Below, piece by piece: positions 11,457 to 21,414 of a stretch of DNA of 64,000 nt. A model generated the notes under the pieces. The model was not told the origin of the DNA. It did no database searches and saw nothing but the letters and a program-made list of their open reading frames with translations. A program made the translations under genes and the position numbers. Source of the stretch: an uncultured bacterium. Lineage in GTDB: Bacteria > Chloroflexota > UBA5177 > JANWHV01. Each line of letters starts with the position of its first letter. The first letter of the stretch is position 1. The stretch lies in contig CAVSOU010000010.1 of assembly GCA_963729625.1 (NCBI GenBank), positions 512,001 to 576,000 of the forward strand. The letters run 5' to 3'.

Positions 11457-12213
11457 TTAGCTGGGTGCTCGCGTGCCCCAGAGGGCGATCGGCTGCACGG
11501 CCGCATACGCTCGAACTGTTGTCACGCCGCCGGCAGGAGGAGGCAGGAAAGTCAGCCCTACCACTGTCGGTCGCGACGTATCAACCAAGATGTAGCCGGT
11601 GATCATCGAAAACATCGACGTCGCAGTGACGACCGTGCCTGCGGGGTTGGGGCAGTTGTTCTCATTGAGGCATACGAGCTGCCGGCCGGTCAGGCGCCTG
11701 CAGGCGCCCGCGCACTTGGGTGACACACGGCCGTAATCGATACGTCCGGTAACCACAACGTACATCGGTAGACCAGCATGAGCCGGATCCTGTACGAACG
11801 TGCCGGTCGCCGTCAGGACCGTCGTATTGGTGAGCCAGGGAAAAGCAATCGCCTGCGAGCGACCGGGTGGAACTGGGATGGCTACCTGCGGCAAAACAGC
11901 ATGGATGTTGAACGACCCCGTGGTTGTACCGGCGCAACCTGAGTATCCCGACAGAGTCAGTGAGCCGCGGAGACCGAGCAGACTCCCAGCCTGCACGATC
12001 GCCGCCCGATGCGCCAGTATTCCCAGGCAATGGAGTGGCAACCGGTGTCGGCTCGGCGCCTACGGCATAGGAGGCCGGTGCAGGGCAGTCGACAGCACTG
12101 CCCGCGCTAAGGGACCTGGCCAGAGCCGCCGAGTCGGGCACGGGCGTCATCGCAACGGCAACCACAAAGAGCAGAGCAAACACGGCCATGGATGTCACTT
12201 TCCTTGCAGCCAC
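11457..12213 (-). pseudogene. secreted Cys-containing protein split by an apparent 1-nt frameshift
   Basis: Signal-peptide ORF (11662-12213, GGAGG RBS) overlaps a beta-rich ORF (11457-12041). Removing one base near the C-run 12005-12007 gives one 251-aa frame (...NTGAS-AAIVQAGS...). Confidence 0.6.
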
Positions 12214-12310
12214 GATGTCACCTCCCTCAGTTGGGATCGGTCACTTGCACTACCTTCACGGTACGGCTCCCTCAATGAAGCGGACATGAATCCCGGATGC
12301 GTGCCCGCGC

Positions 12311-13126
12311 TCACTGTTCACGGCGGCGCAGCTCACGGGCAGCATGCTCGAACACCGTCGTCAGCAGTCGCGTCTCATCCGCGCGAGGCACTGCCCGCAA
12401 GAATAGGGCTCGCATCTTCGACATAGTCACCTTGGTCCTGCCCTCGATGGGAGGATCGTAGAGCGCGGTAATCAGCTGATTGACTGCGTTGAACAACGCA
12501 TCGAGGTCGCTCGTCACCGCGACTGTGCCTGCGACCCGCTCTATCAACGCAGCCGGAACAACGTTCGCGCCTGATGGAGCAGGCGCGTCGGGGCCCATGC
12601 CGACGAATATCTCGTACGCGACTATCGCAACGGCCTGAGCCAGGTTAAGCGATGCATCATGCGGTGTCGCTGGTATCGTTACAATTGCGTGGCACCGATC
12701 GAGAGCCGTGTTCGACAGGCCGAAATCTTCTGGGCCGAACAGTATCGCCGCGATCGCCTGGGAACTCTCACCCGCATCTCCAACGTGGGCGAGCACGGGC
12801 GAAAGCACGTCTGCCACCTGACGGGGACACAAGACAGGCCGATTGAGGGCGCGCTCGCGACGCGTAGCGCCAAGCACGAGCGCGCAGTCAGCCAGTGAAA
12901 GCGCCAGAGACGGGTACCGTTCGACGCGGGCGGCCACGGATTCGCCGCGGCGCGCGAATCTGAGGACTTTGTCCTGGTCGAAAGCGGCCGGCTCGACCAG
13001 GCGGAGTCGCGAAAACCCGAAGTTGCCCAGCAGCCGGACGACCGCGCCGACATTGGCCAGTTCCTTTGGCCGGTCGAGCACGAACACAATCCGGTCCAGG
13101 AGCGTGTTGCCGGTGGCGGAATCCAT
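12311..13126 (-). CDS. SPOUT RNA methyltransferase (TrmJ/LasT, TrmH family)
   Basis: VLDRPKELANVGAVVR, VLGATRR, ILFGPEDFGLSN, SLNLAQAVAIVAYE. Confidence 0.92.
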   Translation of the reverse strand: MDSATGNTLLDRIVFVLDRPKELANVGAVVRLLGNFGFSRLRLVEPAAFDQDKVLRFARRGESVAARVERYPSLALSLADCALVLGATRRERALNRPVLCPRQVADVLSPVLAHVGDAGESSQAIAAILFGPEDFGLSNTALDRCHAIVTIPATPHDASLNLAQAVAIVAYEIFVGMGPDAPAPSGANVVPAALIERVAGTVAVTSDLDALFNAVNQLITALYDPPIEGRTKVTMSKMRALFLRAVPRADETRLLTTVFEHAARELRRREQ

Positions 13127-13290
13127 GCGCACAGTGTACTGCTTGGAACGAGTCCAAGTGCCGGGCGGACGAGGGAACATCGACCACTAGCTCGTCGGCC
13201 TGGATATAGGCGGGATCGCACGCTGAGAAAACCGCCGCGAAGAAGCCCTTGCAGCTCCTTCAGCCAGGGCGCGGCTAACAGATCGACGTA

Positions 13291-13509
13291 TCAGGCAAGC
13301 ACAGCCATCGGCAGGCATTGCATGGATACCGCGGAGCTTTCCGGGACCAAGCGGCCGTCGCGCTCTGCCCGAGCGACTGCTCTGCAACGCGTGCATCTGG
13401 CTTGCAGATAGTCAAAGCCCTCATACGTAACGATCTCCCAAGGGCCCATATCGTGCCCTTGCGCGCTGCATCGGCGCATTATGCCGCTCAGCCCGTCCTG
13501 AAAATTCAT
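13291..13509 (-). CDS. small Cys/His protein, possible Zn finger
   Basis: GGAGGTGG RBS before ATG 13509; 72 aa with C-x4-H...W...CxxC...C. Confidence 0.7.
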   Translation of the reverse strand: MNFQDGLSGIMRRCSAQGHDMGPWEIVTYEGFDYLQARCTRCRAVARAERDGRLVPESSAVSMQCLPMAVLA

Positions 13510-13790
13510 ATACCACCTCCCGGTGCAGAAACCATTCGATGAGAGAGCCAAAAAGCACTGAGCCGAACGACACTCAAGTAGTCAGCCCTGGGTTCGTCGA
13601 TAATTGTACTACCTGCCTCCACCGGAAGATAGGCTGCACGTGCACTGGCACACTCTTCGCAACTTCAGAATGTTGCACGCCAGGAACGTCATTCCGACTT
13701 TCGCGAAAGAACTGCCGGTATGGTACCATTTTCCTGACCGGTGTCTTGCCTCACTGTTGACGAGGCTGGGGCCTGGAGCGGGGGGTAATC

Positions 13791-13955
13791 ATGTTGTTGG
13801 CCGAGGCGGTGATCGCCGAGTTGCTTGGCGCTTTGCTGATCAGCTACTCCGGAATCAAGCGCATTCGTGGCAGCGAGGGCGTTGCGTTTGCGGTTCTCCT
13901 GTGCGCACTGGTGCTGCTCTTCTTCATTCCTCTCACAGCTCACTACGTGCGCTGA
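13791..13955 (+). CDS. 54-aa two-TM membrane protein (below ORF-track cutoff)
   Basis: GGAG/GGGGG RBS; MLLAEAVIAELLGALLISYSGIKRIRGSEGVAFAVLLCALVLLFFIPLTAHYVR*. Confidence 0.65.
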   Translation: MLLAEAVIAELLGALLISYSGIKRIRGSEGVAFAVLLCALVLLFFIPLTAHYVR

Positions 13956-14617
13956 CTGAGCTTCCTCGCCCTCCCGCTGCTAAACACGAATCGGCCTTCG
14001 GGCAGGACCAGGCAAGTCAATTTCCCAAAACGGTGTACGAAGGCGCCGGTATCAATACCGATCTTATTTTCCTGCACCAACGGCCCGCCAAACTGCACAG
14101 TGTGTCCAAAGACAATTATCTTCCCCCAGTCGTACATGCTGCTGAGAAACGGTTCCCGAATCCACAGCCTATCGGAGTCGGACGATTCCGAGGGTGCTTT
14201 CCCTGGCTGTATGCCGGCATGGACGAAATAGTGTGTGTCGGTCTCGTACGACGTCAGCAGGCGTCTGATCCAATCAACATAGCGATCTGAGGGCAGTGTG
14301 CTGTCAAAATCTTGCAGAGTCTTCAGTCCCCCGTTCATGAGCCAGAGACTCCAGTCGGCCTCGGAGCCATCATACGCCGTCAGGAACAAATCCTCATGGT
14401 TTCCTTTGAGGAATACGCAGGAGCACCTATGCTCAAGGTCCATGAGCAGATCAAGTACGGCCCGAGAGTCTTCCCCTCGATCGATGTAGTCGCCAAGAAA
14501 GATCAAGGTGTCGCTCGTGGTAGGGTTCAGACGTGCCAGCAAGCGGCGCAACGCGCTGACCTCGCCGTGTATGTCGCCAAACGCCAGCAGTCGCGCTACG
14601 GTCACGTCTTCCCCCAC
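13943..14617 (-). CDS. PPP-family metallophosphoesterase (Ser/Thr phosphatase-like)
   Basis: GDIHG, GDYIDRG, KGNHE, FVHAG, FGHT, IDTG. Confidence 0.93.
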   Translation of the reverse strand: MGEDVTVARLLAFGDIHGEVSALRRLLARLNPTTSDTLIFLGDYIDRGEDSRAVLDLLMDLEHRCSCVFLKGNHEDLFLTAYDGSEADWSLWLMNGGLKTLQDFDSTLPSDRYVDWIRRLLTSYETDTHYFVHAGIQPGKAPSESSDSDRLWIREPFLSSMYDWGKIIVFGHTVQFGGPLVQENKIGIDTGAFVHRFGKLTCLVLPEGRFVFSSGRARKLSQRT

Positions 14618-15053
14618 AGTTGTTCCTCATCCCGCAGTGGTAGAGTATACTAATCCGGCATGGTTGAAGAAGCGTTATCCTCTCAATCGCCTCGCGGGCC
14701 CACAAGTCCGTTTCATACCATTTTCGCGCTTGCCTGCGATCCGTGGCCTCTGCGCTTACGGGGGGTCCTGCGAGGGATTGCGAAGCCAGCAGCTTGCAAG
14801 AGCGCCTCCATCCGCGGAACCACGTGTTGCGGCTCACCGGCCCAGGCTCTGCCGGGGTCATGTCGTGCGATCTATTGAGCCTCGGCAAAGCGCGGATTCC
14901 GCTGTATCCTGGAGTTCGGACCGGCCAACGCTATCCCGCTGCGGGCGGGCAAAGCTCAATGTCGTGTCCAAGTAGGAGGTTTGCGAAATCGGCGATGAAG
15001 GTCGTTGATGGGCCGCGCAGGCTATTTCGACCCGGAATGTTAGGCCTGTCGCT

Positions 15054-16883
15054 ATGAGCATCACGCCGAGCAGAAACTCACGTCCGGCGCGCCCGTCAAT
15101 GAGGCGCCGGCTCGCTCGACCGGATTACCGGCCGGCGCATCCTACCGCGCCACCGAATCGGATCTTCCGTCGAAACCTCGAGCGTCCAGCATTCAAGGAT
15201 CCCCGCGCTGAGCCACGGGATTACTTCATGCGATTTGGCGTGATCGTCGGCTTCCTGGCCGTACTTGGCATCGCGTTGCTCATCTTCGAGAACTATTACT
15301 CCACGCGTGTGAGTCCCCACGTCAGCGTCGACGGCATACCGATCGGTGGTGTGGCTTTGACTGAAGTCCCTGCCTACCTGCAGCAACAGATCGATAGCCG
15401 GAACAGCACACCGCTCATCCTGCACGTAGGTGATCGCACGTACGATGTCACCAATAGCCAGTTCCGCCCACACTTCGATATGGCGCCGGTCGTCGCCGAG
15501 GTTCGAGCCGAAGGTCACACCGGAAATCTGTTTACGAGTACCTGGAATCAGTTCTCGACCATGCTGTCCGGCCACGATTTTCCCCTGCAAGGAAGTCATG
15601 ACACGGGCGCAGTCCGCAAATACGTCGACCAGATTGCGAAGGACGTCAGTGTGGCGCCACAGCCCGCGCAGGTTGGCATCGCAAGCGGGCAGGTTGAGGT
15701 TGTACGCGAACCGCGTGTTGGGCGGTATCTCGACGTGGCGGCGGCGACGCACCTCTTGAATACCGAAATTGACGCGCACAGCGTGTTCAACATCACGCTT
15801 CCAGTGCAGTACCCCGCGTCACCTGTCACGCACGACATCGCGCAGCAAACCGTCGACCAGGCTCAGAGTCTGCTGAGCCAGAACGTGTTCTTCAGCTCAC
15901 TCAACAAGGTCAAGGCGTGGTATTTGACTCCGAGCCAGCTTCTGCGATTATTGACTTTCAAGCCTGAAAGCAATGGGCATGGGGTTTGGATGGTTACGAT
16001 GGGACTCGACACCAAGAAGCTTGCGGCGACCATGGCTCCAATCGCCGCCGCGGTCAATCACGCACCTATTCCGGCGTACTTCCGTTTTGTCGATGCGGCG
16101 AATGGGCAACCGGATGCCGCGGTTCCGTATCCCGACACCCCAGGCCTTGCCCTGGACGTAAACAAGGCCGCTCGGGCGATTCTAGCGTCTCCCGCGAACG
16201 GCCACGTCGCCGTCATCCCGTTCGAACACCCGCGCAGCAGCTTCACTGTGGCCAGGGCTCGGGCGCTGAATTTCGACACGTCGATGGGCACGTCGGTCGT
16301 CGACCTCCTGGGCTCATCGCGGACGCGAACAGGGAACGCCGACGTCGCGGCGAGTAAGCTCAGCAACATCCTCCTCGGTCCTGGACAATCATTGTCGGTC
16401 ACGTCCGTGATCAGTCCGGTCGTCACGGCCGCGGCCTACGCACCTGCGGAAGGTGGATTCGGCACGAAGTCCGACATCGCAGGCACGAACGGCGGGCCAA
16501 CCGCGGCGGCTTCGGCACTGTTTGAGGCTGCGTTTGCGTCCGGCCTCGCCATTACTGAGCGGACGCAATATCCGAACGTCACCGTGTTCAACGGCGTTCC
16601 TGGAGAAGATGCAGTTGTGCAAGCAAAGAATGGCGGCTCCGATCTCGTGTTCGTAAATAACACGAAGCACACCGTTCTGCTCGGTATGTCCGTGGAAGGA
16701 TCGCTCATTAAGGGATATGTCTTCAACAGCGACGTGGTGCAACGGACCACGACGGTCAATTCGGTGGTGACGCTCAACCAGGACGGAAGCATCGATGCTG
16801 ACTACAATCGGTTGTCAACTGGCGACAACGCCGGCCAGCAGCACCTGACTTCTCACTACAGCAATGTCGACGACTATCCATAA
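15054..16883 (+). CDS. VanW-like protein with peptidoglycan-binding (PG_binding_4-like) domains
   Basis: Arg-rich N-terminus, TM, VSVDGIPIGG, R..N..VAASKL..ILLGPGQSLS, DLVFVNNT. Confidence 0.78.
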   Translation: MSITPSRNSRPARPSMRRRLARPDYRPAHPTAPPNRIFRRNLERPAFKDPRAEPRDYFMRFGVIVGFLAVLGIALLIFENYYSTRVSPHVSVDGIPIGGVALTEVPAYLQQQIDSRNSTPLILHVGDRTYDVTNSQFRPHFDMAPVVAEVRAEGHTGNLFTSTWNQFSTMLSGHDFPLQGSHDTGAVRKYVDQIAKDVSVAPQPAQVGIASGQVEVVREPRVGRYLDVAAATHLLNTEIDAHSVFNITLPVQYPASPVTHDIAQQTVDQAQSLLSQNVFFSSLNKVKAWYLTPSQLLRLLTFKPESNGHGVWMVTMGLDTKKLAATMAPIAAAVNHAPIPAYFRFVDAANGQPDAAVPYPDTPGLALDVNKAARAILASPANGHVAVIPFEHPRSSFTVARARALNFDTSMGTSVVDLLGSSRTRTGNADVAASKLSNILLGPGQSLSVTSVISPVVTAAAYAPAEGGFGTKSDIAGTNGGPTAAASALFEAAFASGLAITERTQYPNVTVFNGVPGEDAVVQAKNGGSDLVFVNNTKHTVLLGMSVEGSLIKGYVFNSDVVQRTTTVNSVVTLNQDGSIDADYNRLSTGDNAGQQHLTSHYSNVDDYP

Positions 16884-17051
16884 GCGTTGCCATGACAGTC
16901 CGCCGTTGGCCCTGCTCCGGGAACGTCCGTCCCCGCCACTCCTCGGCCCACGCCTGTTCAGGCACCGCGCCGTATGGCGACGTTGAGCATATCTCTTCGC
17001 CGCCTCTGGGCCATGAAGGCGTGTGACTCGATTCGGTTCGTTTCTGCGAGG

Positions 17052-17085
17052 GGTAGCCTCCAGACGACGTCGTCTGGAGGCTACC
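17052..17085. repeat. perfect 34-bp palindrome between convergent genes
   Basis: GGTAGCCTCCAGACGAC|GTCGTCTGGAGGCTACC. Confidence 0.9.
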
Positions 17086-17234
17086 TGACGTTGGCTTGAC
17101 GGAGCCGCGTAGCTGTTGCCATCCCCGCCCGCTGCGGTCTATGTGCCCCCTGCCTGACTATCTGGTGTCGAGTCGCGGCTCGCAAACTTGGCTGCAAGGC
17201 GCGATCCTCGTTGCAGCACGGACTGCTCCGTCGC

Positions 17235-17423
17235 CTAGTCGGAGCTCAGCCGCACGACCAGGCGCTCGAACGCGTCGGGGACCAGCGGCTGTGCGCGCTG
17301 TGCGCGATCGCTCCGCCGCGCCTCGCACAACAGTCGCCGCGTGTCACGTGCGGCGCCCGCATCGCGCAGCCTGTCCAGGTGCACTGCGGTTGAGACGCGG
17401 GCAAGGTAACTGGGGTCGAACAT
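17235..17423 (-). CDS. 62-aa hypothetical protein
   Basis: GGAGG 5 nt before ATG 17423; MFDPSYLARVSTAVHLDRLRDAG... Confidence 0.55.
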   Translation of the reverse strand: MFDPSYLARVSTAVHLDRLRDAGAARDTRRLLCEARRSDRAQRAQPLVPDAFERLVVRLSSD

Positions 17424-17697
17424 GGTGTCCTCCAACTTGCAGTGATGTTTCAGGATTATGCGCGGGCTTGAGCCTCGGCAATCGCCGATCGCAGCGCAGG
17501 CGAGACTACACCGCGCCTCATCGCCCGGTGATCGGCTGGCCGCCGCCACGTGCCCGGTGTGATGCCATGATAGGACCCCTACCGAACCGCACGGTTCTGG
17601 GGACGCGCTCGGACGAGGACGTCCTCGTCCGAGCGCGCCGGCCATCTACGCCATCGCCACGACGTGGCCACCCGGCAGGTTCCGGCATGGCACCACT

Positions 17698-17973
17698 CTA
17701 GGCATGGCGCGGAGTCATCCGCGACCGAGACGACGAGCCTCTGTCGCGGATGAACCTCGTGGCTCGCCTGAAGCGGGCGACCAGGCCGCTCACGGTATCG
17801 CCAATCGACACGCGGCAGCGATTCGCGATGTAGCGATACTCTTCGACTGAAATCTTGCCCTGGGCGAGCTCGCGCTCAGCCACGGCCATCATCCACGCGC
17901 GATCGGCTCCCGACAAACCGGCACGGTCCTGTCGATCGAGTCGGGCGCGTTCACTATCTTGAGTCTTGAACAT
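17698..17973 (-). CDS. 91-aa hypothetical protein with SHOCT-like motif
   Basis: GGGAGG RBS before ATG 17973; ELAQGKISVEEY resembles the SHOCT pattern. Confidence 0.6.
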   Translation of the reverse strand: MFKTQDSERARLDRQDRAGLSGADRAWMMAVAERELAQGKISVEEYRYIANRCRVSIGDTVSGLVARFRRATRFIRDRGSSSRSRMTPRHA

Positions 17974-18513
17974 GGTTTTCCTCCCATATGTGCCGGAAGT
18001 CGCGAGGTGACGCATATCGCGGCACGCAGGCGAGCCGGCACTTCGGTAATTCGTTTAGTCGTATCCGGAGCGCGCTGTAGGCGCAACGCGCCGCTTGGCC
18101 GGCCTTGGGCCGTCCGTCGGATACCAACCTGTACTCCACGGCGCGTTCCATAGCGCAAGCTCGAGTACGTCAAACACTGGCATGCTGGAGCATAGGCACT
18201 TGAGTCGCCGCCATGGCGCAGTACCTACGGGTGGCAGCATTTCGATAGGTCCTCGTCATCGAGGCCATCGTTCACTGTTCCCATCTCGAACGTAGCACAA
18301 ACTTGAGTTCTTGGGGCCCTTGTGCCTGTAAAATGCGCAACGTCGAGGTGTCGAGCGCCAATTTTCTCCAGCCATCCGAGCTCGTGCTGCTCGCCGGCGC
18401 CCGTCGTTGGCCAGAGAAGCACATGTCCGCGACTGCAAGACATCCCGGTTCGCTGGATCGCACGCGCCGTAGGCTCTACAATCAAGGGCCAGGGAGACGG
18501 TGCCGGACACAAC

Positions 18514-19368
18514 TCAGGTCGCGCCGCTTAAGGCCGCCAGAAACGGCCCTTGCGCAAGCACGCTCACAGGCACGTCCACCGATCCGAGGCCGATCCCCGG
18601 CTTGTTCGCGCCGTGAAAGTCGCTCCCCCCGCACCACCAGAGCCCGTACCTGTCGGCCAGGGCGCCGAGCAAGGCAATGTCGTCAGCGCTATGTCCAGAA
18701 TAGTAGACCTCGAGGCCTGTAACGCCATCGGCGATCAGCGCCGGTATCAATGTGTCAAGGGTAGGTCGAGTTGCGCCGCGCAGAGGATGAGCCAGGCCTA
18801 CCTGACCACCGGCCTCGCGTACCAGCGCGACCGCTTGGGCTGGGCTGAACTGCGGCGACGGAACATACGCGGGCCGATCTGCCCCAATCCAACACCTGAA
18901 TGCGTCCCTCACGCTTGCGGCATAGCCTCTGTCGATCAACGCTCGCGCAATGTGCGGCCTGCCAATAGCGCCGGAGGTCTGGCGCGCGACGTCATCCCAT
19001 GACAGCGAGATGCCCTGACCGGCCAGCCTCTGCACGATCAAGCGCGCCCGAACAGCCCGCCGCTCGATTCGGCAGGCCAGCGGAAGGCGAAGCGCGGGAG
19101 ATTGGTAGTCGAAGCCATATGCCAGAAGGTGCACGCTACGGCCATCGAGTTTGGCACTGAGCTCGAGGCCGGAAACGACACACAGGCCCTTGCCACGCGC
19201 GGCAATCCGCGCGCGCTCGATTGCTTCCACCGTGTCGTGGTCCGTGATGCCAATGACTGAGACGCGTCGTGACGCCGCCTCCTGGACCAGCTCCTCCGGC
19301 GACAATGTGCCGTCCGATGCCGTCGTGTGTGTGTGGAGGTCGATGCGTGCCGGTGACCCTGCAGTCAC
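18514..19368 (-). CDS. PHP domain phosphoesterase (TrpH/YciV-like)
   Basis: DLHTHTTASDG, ITDHDT, GRPHIARAL, LAHP, GGSDFHG; start at GTG 19368 is approximate. Confidence 0.92.
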   Translation of the reverse strand: MTAGSPARIDLHTHTTASDGTLSPEELVQEAASRRVSVIGITDHDTVEAIERARIAARGKGLCVVSGLELSAKLDGRSVHLLAYGFDYQSPALRLPLACRIERRAVRARLIVQRLAGQGISLSWDDVARQTSGAIGRPHIARALIDRGYAASVRDAFRCWIGADRPAYVPSPQFSPAQAVALVREAGGQVGLAHPLRGATRPTLDTLIPALIADGVTGLEVYYSGHSADDIALLGALADRYGLWWCGGSDFHGANKPGIGLGSVDVPVSVLAQGPFLAALSGAT

Positions 19369-19614
19369 GCGAAGCTGCCTTGTTCTGATCGTTGGCGAGG
19401 TCGTTCGGCGCCGGCCGTGTGCCTGAATTCGTGGAAGGTCACTGCTTCGATTCGCCCGTCGCACAAGAGAACCCACAGTCGAGCAGGCTCGACGCTCGAT
19501 CGACGACGACGACCCGACACGTCAAACGACGCCATTCATGCGTGCTCCAACCCGATCGCGGTTTACGTACATGTTGTACTCGCCACGCCTCGAACCAACA
19601 AGGCCAGCGACTAT

Positions 19615-20208
19615 CTACAGCACGCCTTTGGAGCTTGGGATGCGCACGCCACGTACCGGATCGAGACGCGTGGCTGCATGCAGCGCTCGGGCGAAGCCCT
19701 TAAACGCCGCCTCAACCCTGTGATGGTCATTTTCGCCTGCTAACTGGCGAATATGCAGATTGCATCGCGCCTCTGTGGCCAGTGAGTGGAAGAAATGTGA
19801 CACCATCTCGTCCGGCATTGTGCCGAGCATCGCACCCCTGAGAGGCAGGTCGAGCGCGCAGTATGGGCGGCCGGAGAGATCGACGGCCACCAGGACCAAC
19901 GCATCGTCCATCGGCACCACCGCGTGAGCCATGCGGACGATGCCGCGCCGGTCACCGAGCGCCTGTAGAAGCGCCAGGCCGAGCGCAAGTCCGGTGTCTT
20001 CGACCGTGTGATGAGCGTCGACGTGCAGGTCTCCAACAGCCTCCACGCTGAGATCAAACAGCCCATGGTGCGCCAGAAGGTCCAGCATGTGATCGAGAAA
20101 GCCCACCCCTGTCTTGACCGCGGCCGATCCGCTGCCGTCGAGGTTCCATCTTGCGTCGATGCGCGTTTCACCTGTGAGTCGCGAGCATGTGCCGACACGT
20201 GGCTCCAC
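19615..20208 (-). CDS. hisB: imidazoleglycerol-phosphate dehydratase
   Basis: TGVGFLDHML, DAHHTVED, PMDDAL, NDHHRVEAAFK, PSSKGVL. Confidence 0.97.
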   Translation of the reverse strand: MEPRVGTCSRLTGETRIDARWNLDGSGSAAVKTGVGFLDHMLDLLAHHGLFDLSVEAVGDLHVDAHHTVEDTGLALGLALLQALGDRRGIVRMAHAVVPMDDALVLVAVDLSGRPYCALDLPLRGAMLGTMPDEMVSHFFHSLATEARCNLHIRQLAGENDHHRVEAAFKGFARALHAATRLDPVRGVRIPSSKGVL

Positions 20209-20274
20209 AGAATTGACCTCCCCTATTTCAGGAACGCTCTATCGAGCGAACTTGGGCTAGAGCGTTGACACGCC

Positions 20275-21414
20275 TCAACGGCTCCAGGCGCCCGCGGCCA
20301 GGACGCGGACCACTGCCTCGGCCGCCCTCTGCACCAATGGACCGGTCCGCGCAAATGCCTTAGCCGCCGTCATCGGACCGTCGACCACCGAGAGAGCTGC
20401 CGTAAGGCCAGCCGCATACAGAGGGCCGAGCTCGCGCACTTTCAGCGCTCCGGCCAGGGCAACGACCGGTATGCGGTGTCTGGTTGCATGCGCCAGCACG
20501 CCACTCACCACTTTACCATGAATCGACTGGCGGTCTAGTCGACCCTCGCCTGTCAGCACCAGATCCGAGCCCGGCAGGTATTCGTCAAAGCGCACGGCAT
20601 CAAGGATGAGCTCGATTCCAGATTCCAGGGACGCTCCGGCAAGCAGGAGGCCGGCGGTTAGGCCGCCAGCCGCCCCTGCTCCGGGGCGCGAGCCAATATC
20701 GACGCCAGTGTCACGCGCGATGATTGCGGCATACCGCGCTAGATTGCGATCGAGCACCTGGATGCCTGCCCGACTGGCGCCTTTTTGCGGTCCGTACACC
20801 GCGGCAGCGCCTTCCGGGCCAGTCAGTGGATTCGTCACGTCGTTCGCGATCCTGAGCGAAACGTCGTGCAGTCGCGCCCGCAGGGCCGAGCTTTCAACGG
20901 ACGCGAGCCCGGCTAGTCCAGTGTTGCCGGGCTCGATATCGCGGCCGTTGTCGTCGACGAGGCGCGCCCCAAGCGCCATCAGGGCGCCTGCGCCGCCATC
21001 CACTGTCGCGCTGCCACCGGCGCCAACCACAATTTCGGTAGCGCCCCGATCGAGCGCCGCGCGAATGAGCTCGCCGGTCCCAAAGGTGCTGGCCCGGAAT
21101 GGATCGCGCTCATCGGGTCGCAGCAGAGTCAAGCCGGAAGCACGCGCCATTTCGACCACGAACATGCCTGCGCCGAGGTCGCCGATCTCCGCGTCGATGG
21201 GCCGGCCCAACGGATCGTGCGATGGCACGATCAGGCGCTTTCCGCCCCGCGCTGCCACCAGTGCATCCAGGGTGCCTTCGCCACCATCCGCAAGCGGTAA
21301 GCGAACCACCACGCAGTCGGCGAGTGCACGTAAGACACCAGCGGCCATCGCTTCCGCCAGCGCGTCAGCCGGGAGACAGCCCTTGTACTTATCGGGCGCA
21401 CAGACCACTTTCAC
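20275..21414 (-). CDS. glxK: glycerate kinase (GlxK/GarK family)
   Basis: KVVCAPDKYKG, PLADGGEGT, GGSATVDGG, YGPQKGA, GAAGG, TGEGRLDRQS. Confidence 0.93.
   Translation of the reverse strand: MKVVCAPDKYKGCLPADALAEAMAAGVLRALADCVVVRLPLADGGEGTLDALVAARGGKRLIVPSHDPLGRPIDAEIGDLGAGMFVVEMARASGLTLLRPDERDPFRASTFGTGELIRAALDRGATEIVVGAGGSATVDGGAGALMALGARLVDDNGRDIEPGNTGLAGLASVESSALRARLHDVSLRIANDVTNPLTGPEGAAAVYGPQKGASRAGIQVLDRNLARYAAIIARDTGVDIGSRPGAGAAGGLTAGLLLAGASLESGIELILDAVRFDEYLPGSDLVLTGEGRLDRQSIHGKVVSGVLAHATRHRIPVVALAGALKVRELGPLYAAGLTAALSVVDGPMTAAKAFARTGPLVQRAAEAVVRVLAAGAWSR

Noticed and set aside
13604-14290. 228-aa plus-strand ORF
   Set aside because: Overlaps the well-supported phosphatase antisense and the 54-aa membrane ORF in another frame.
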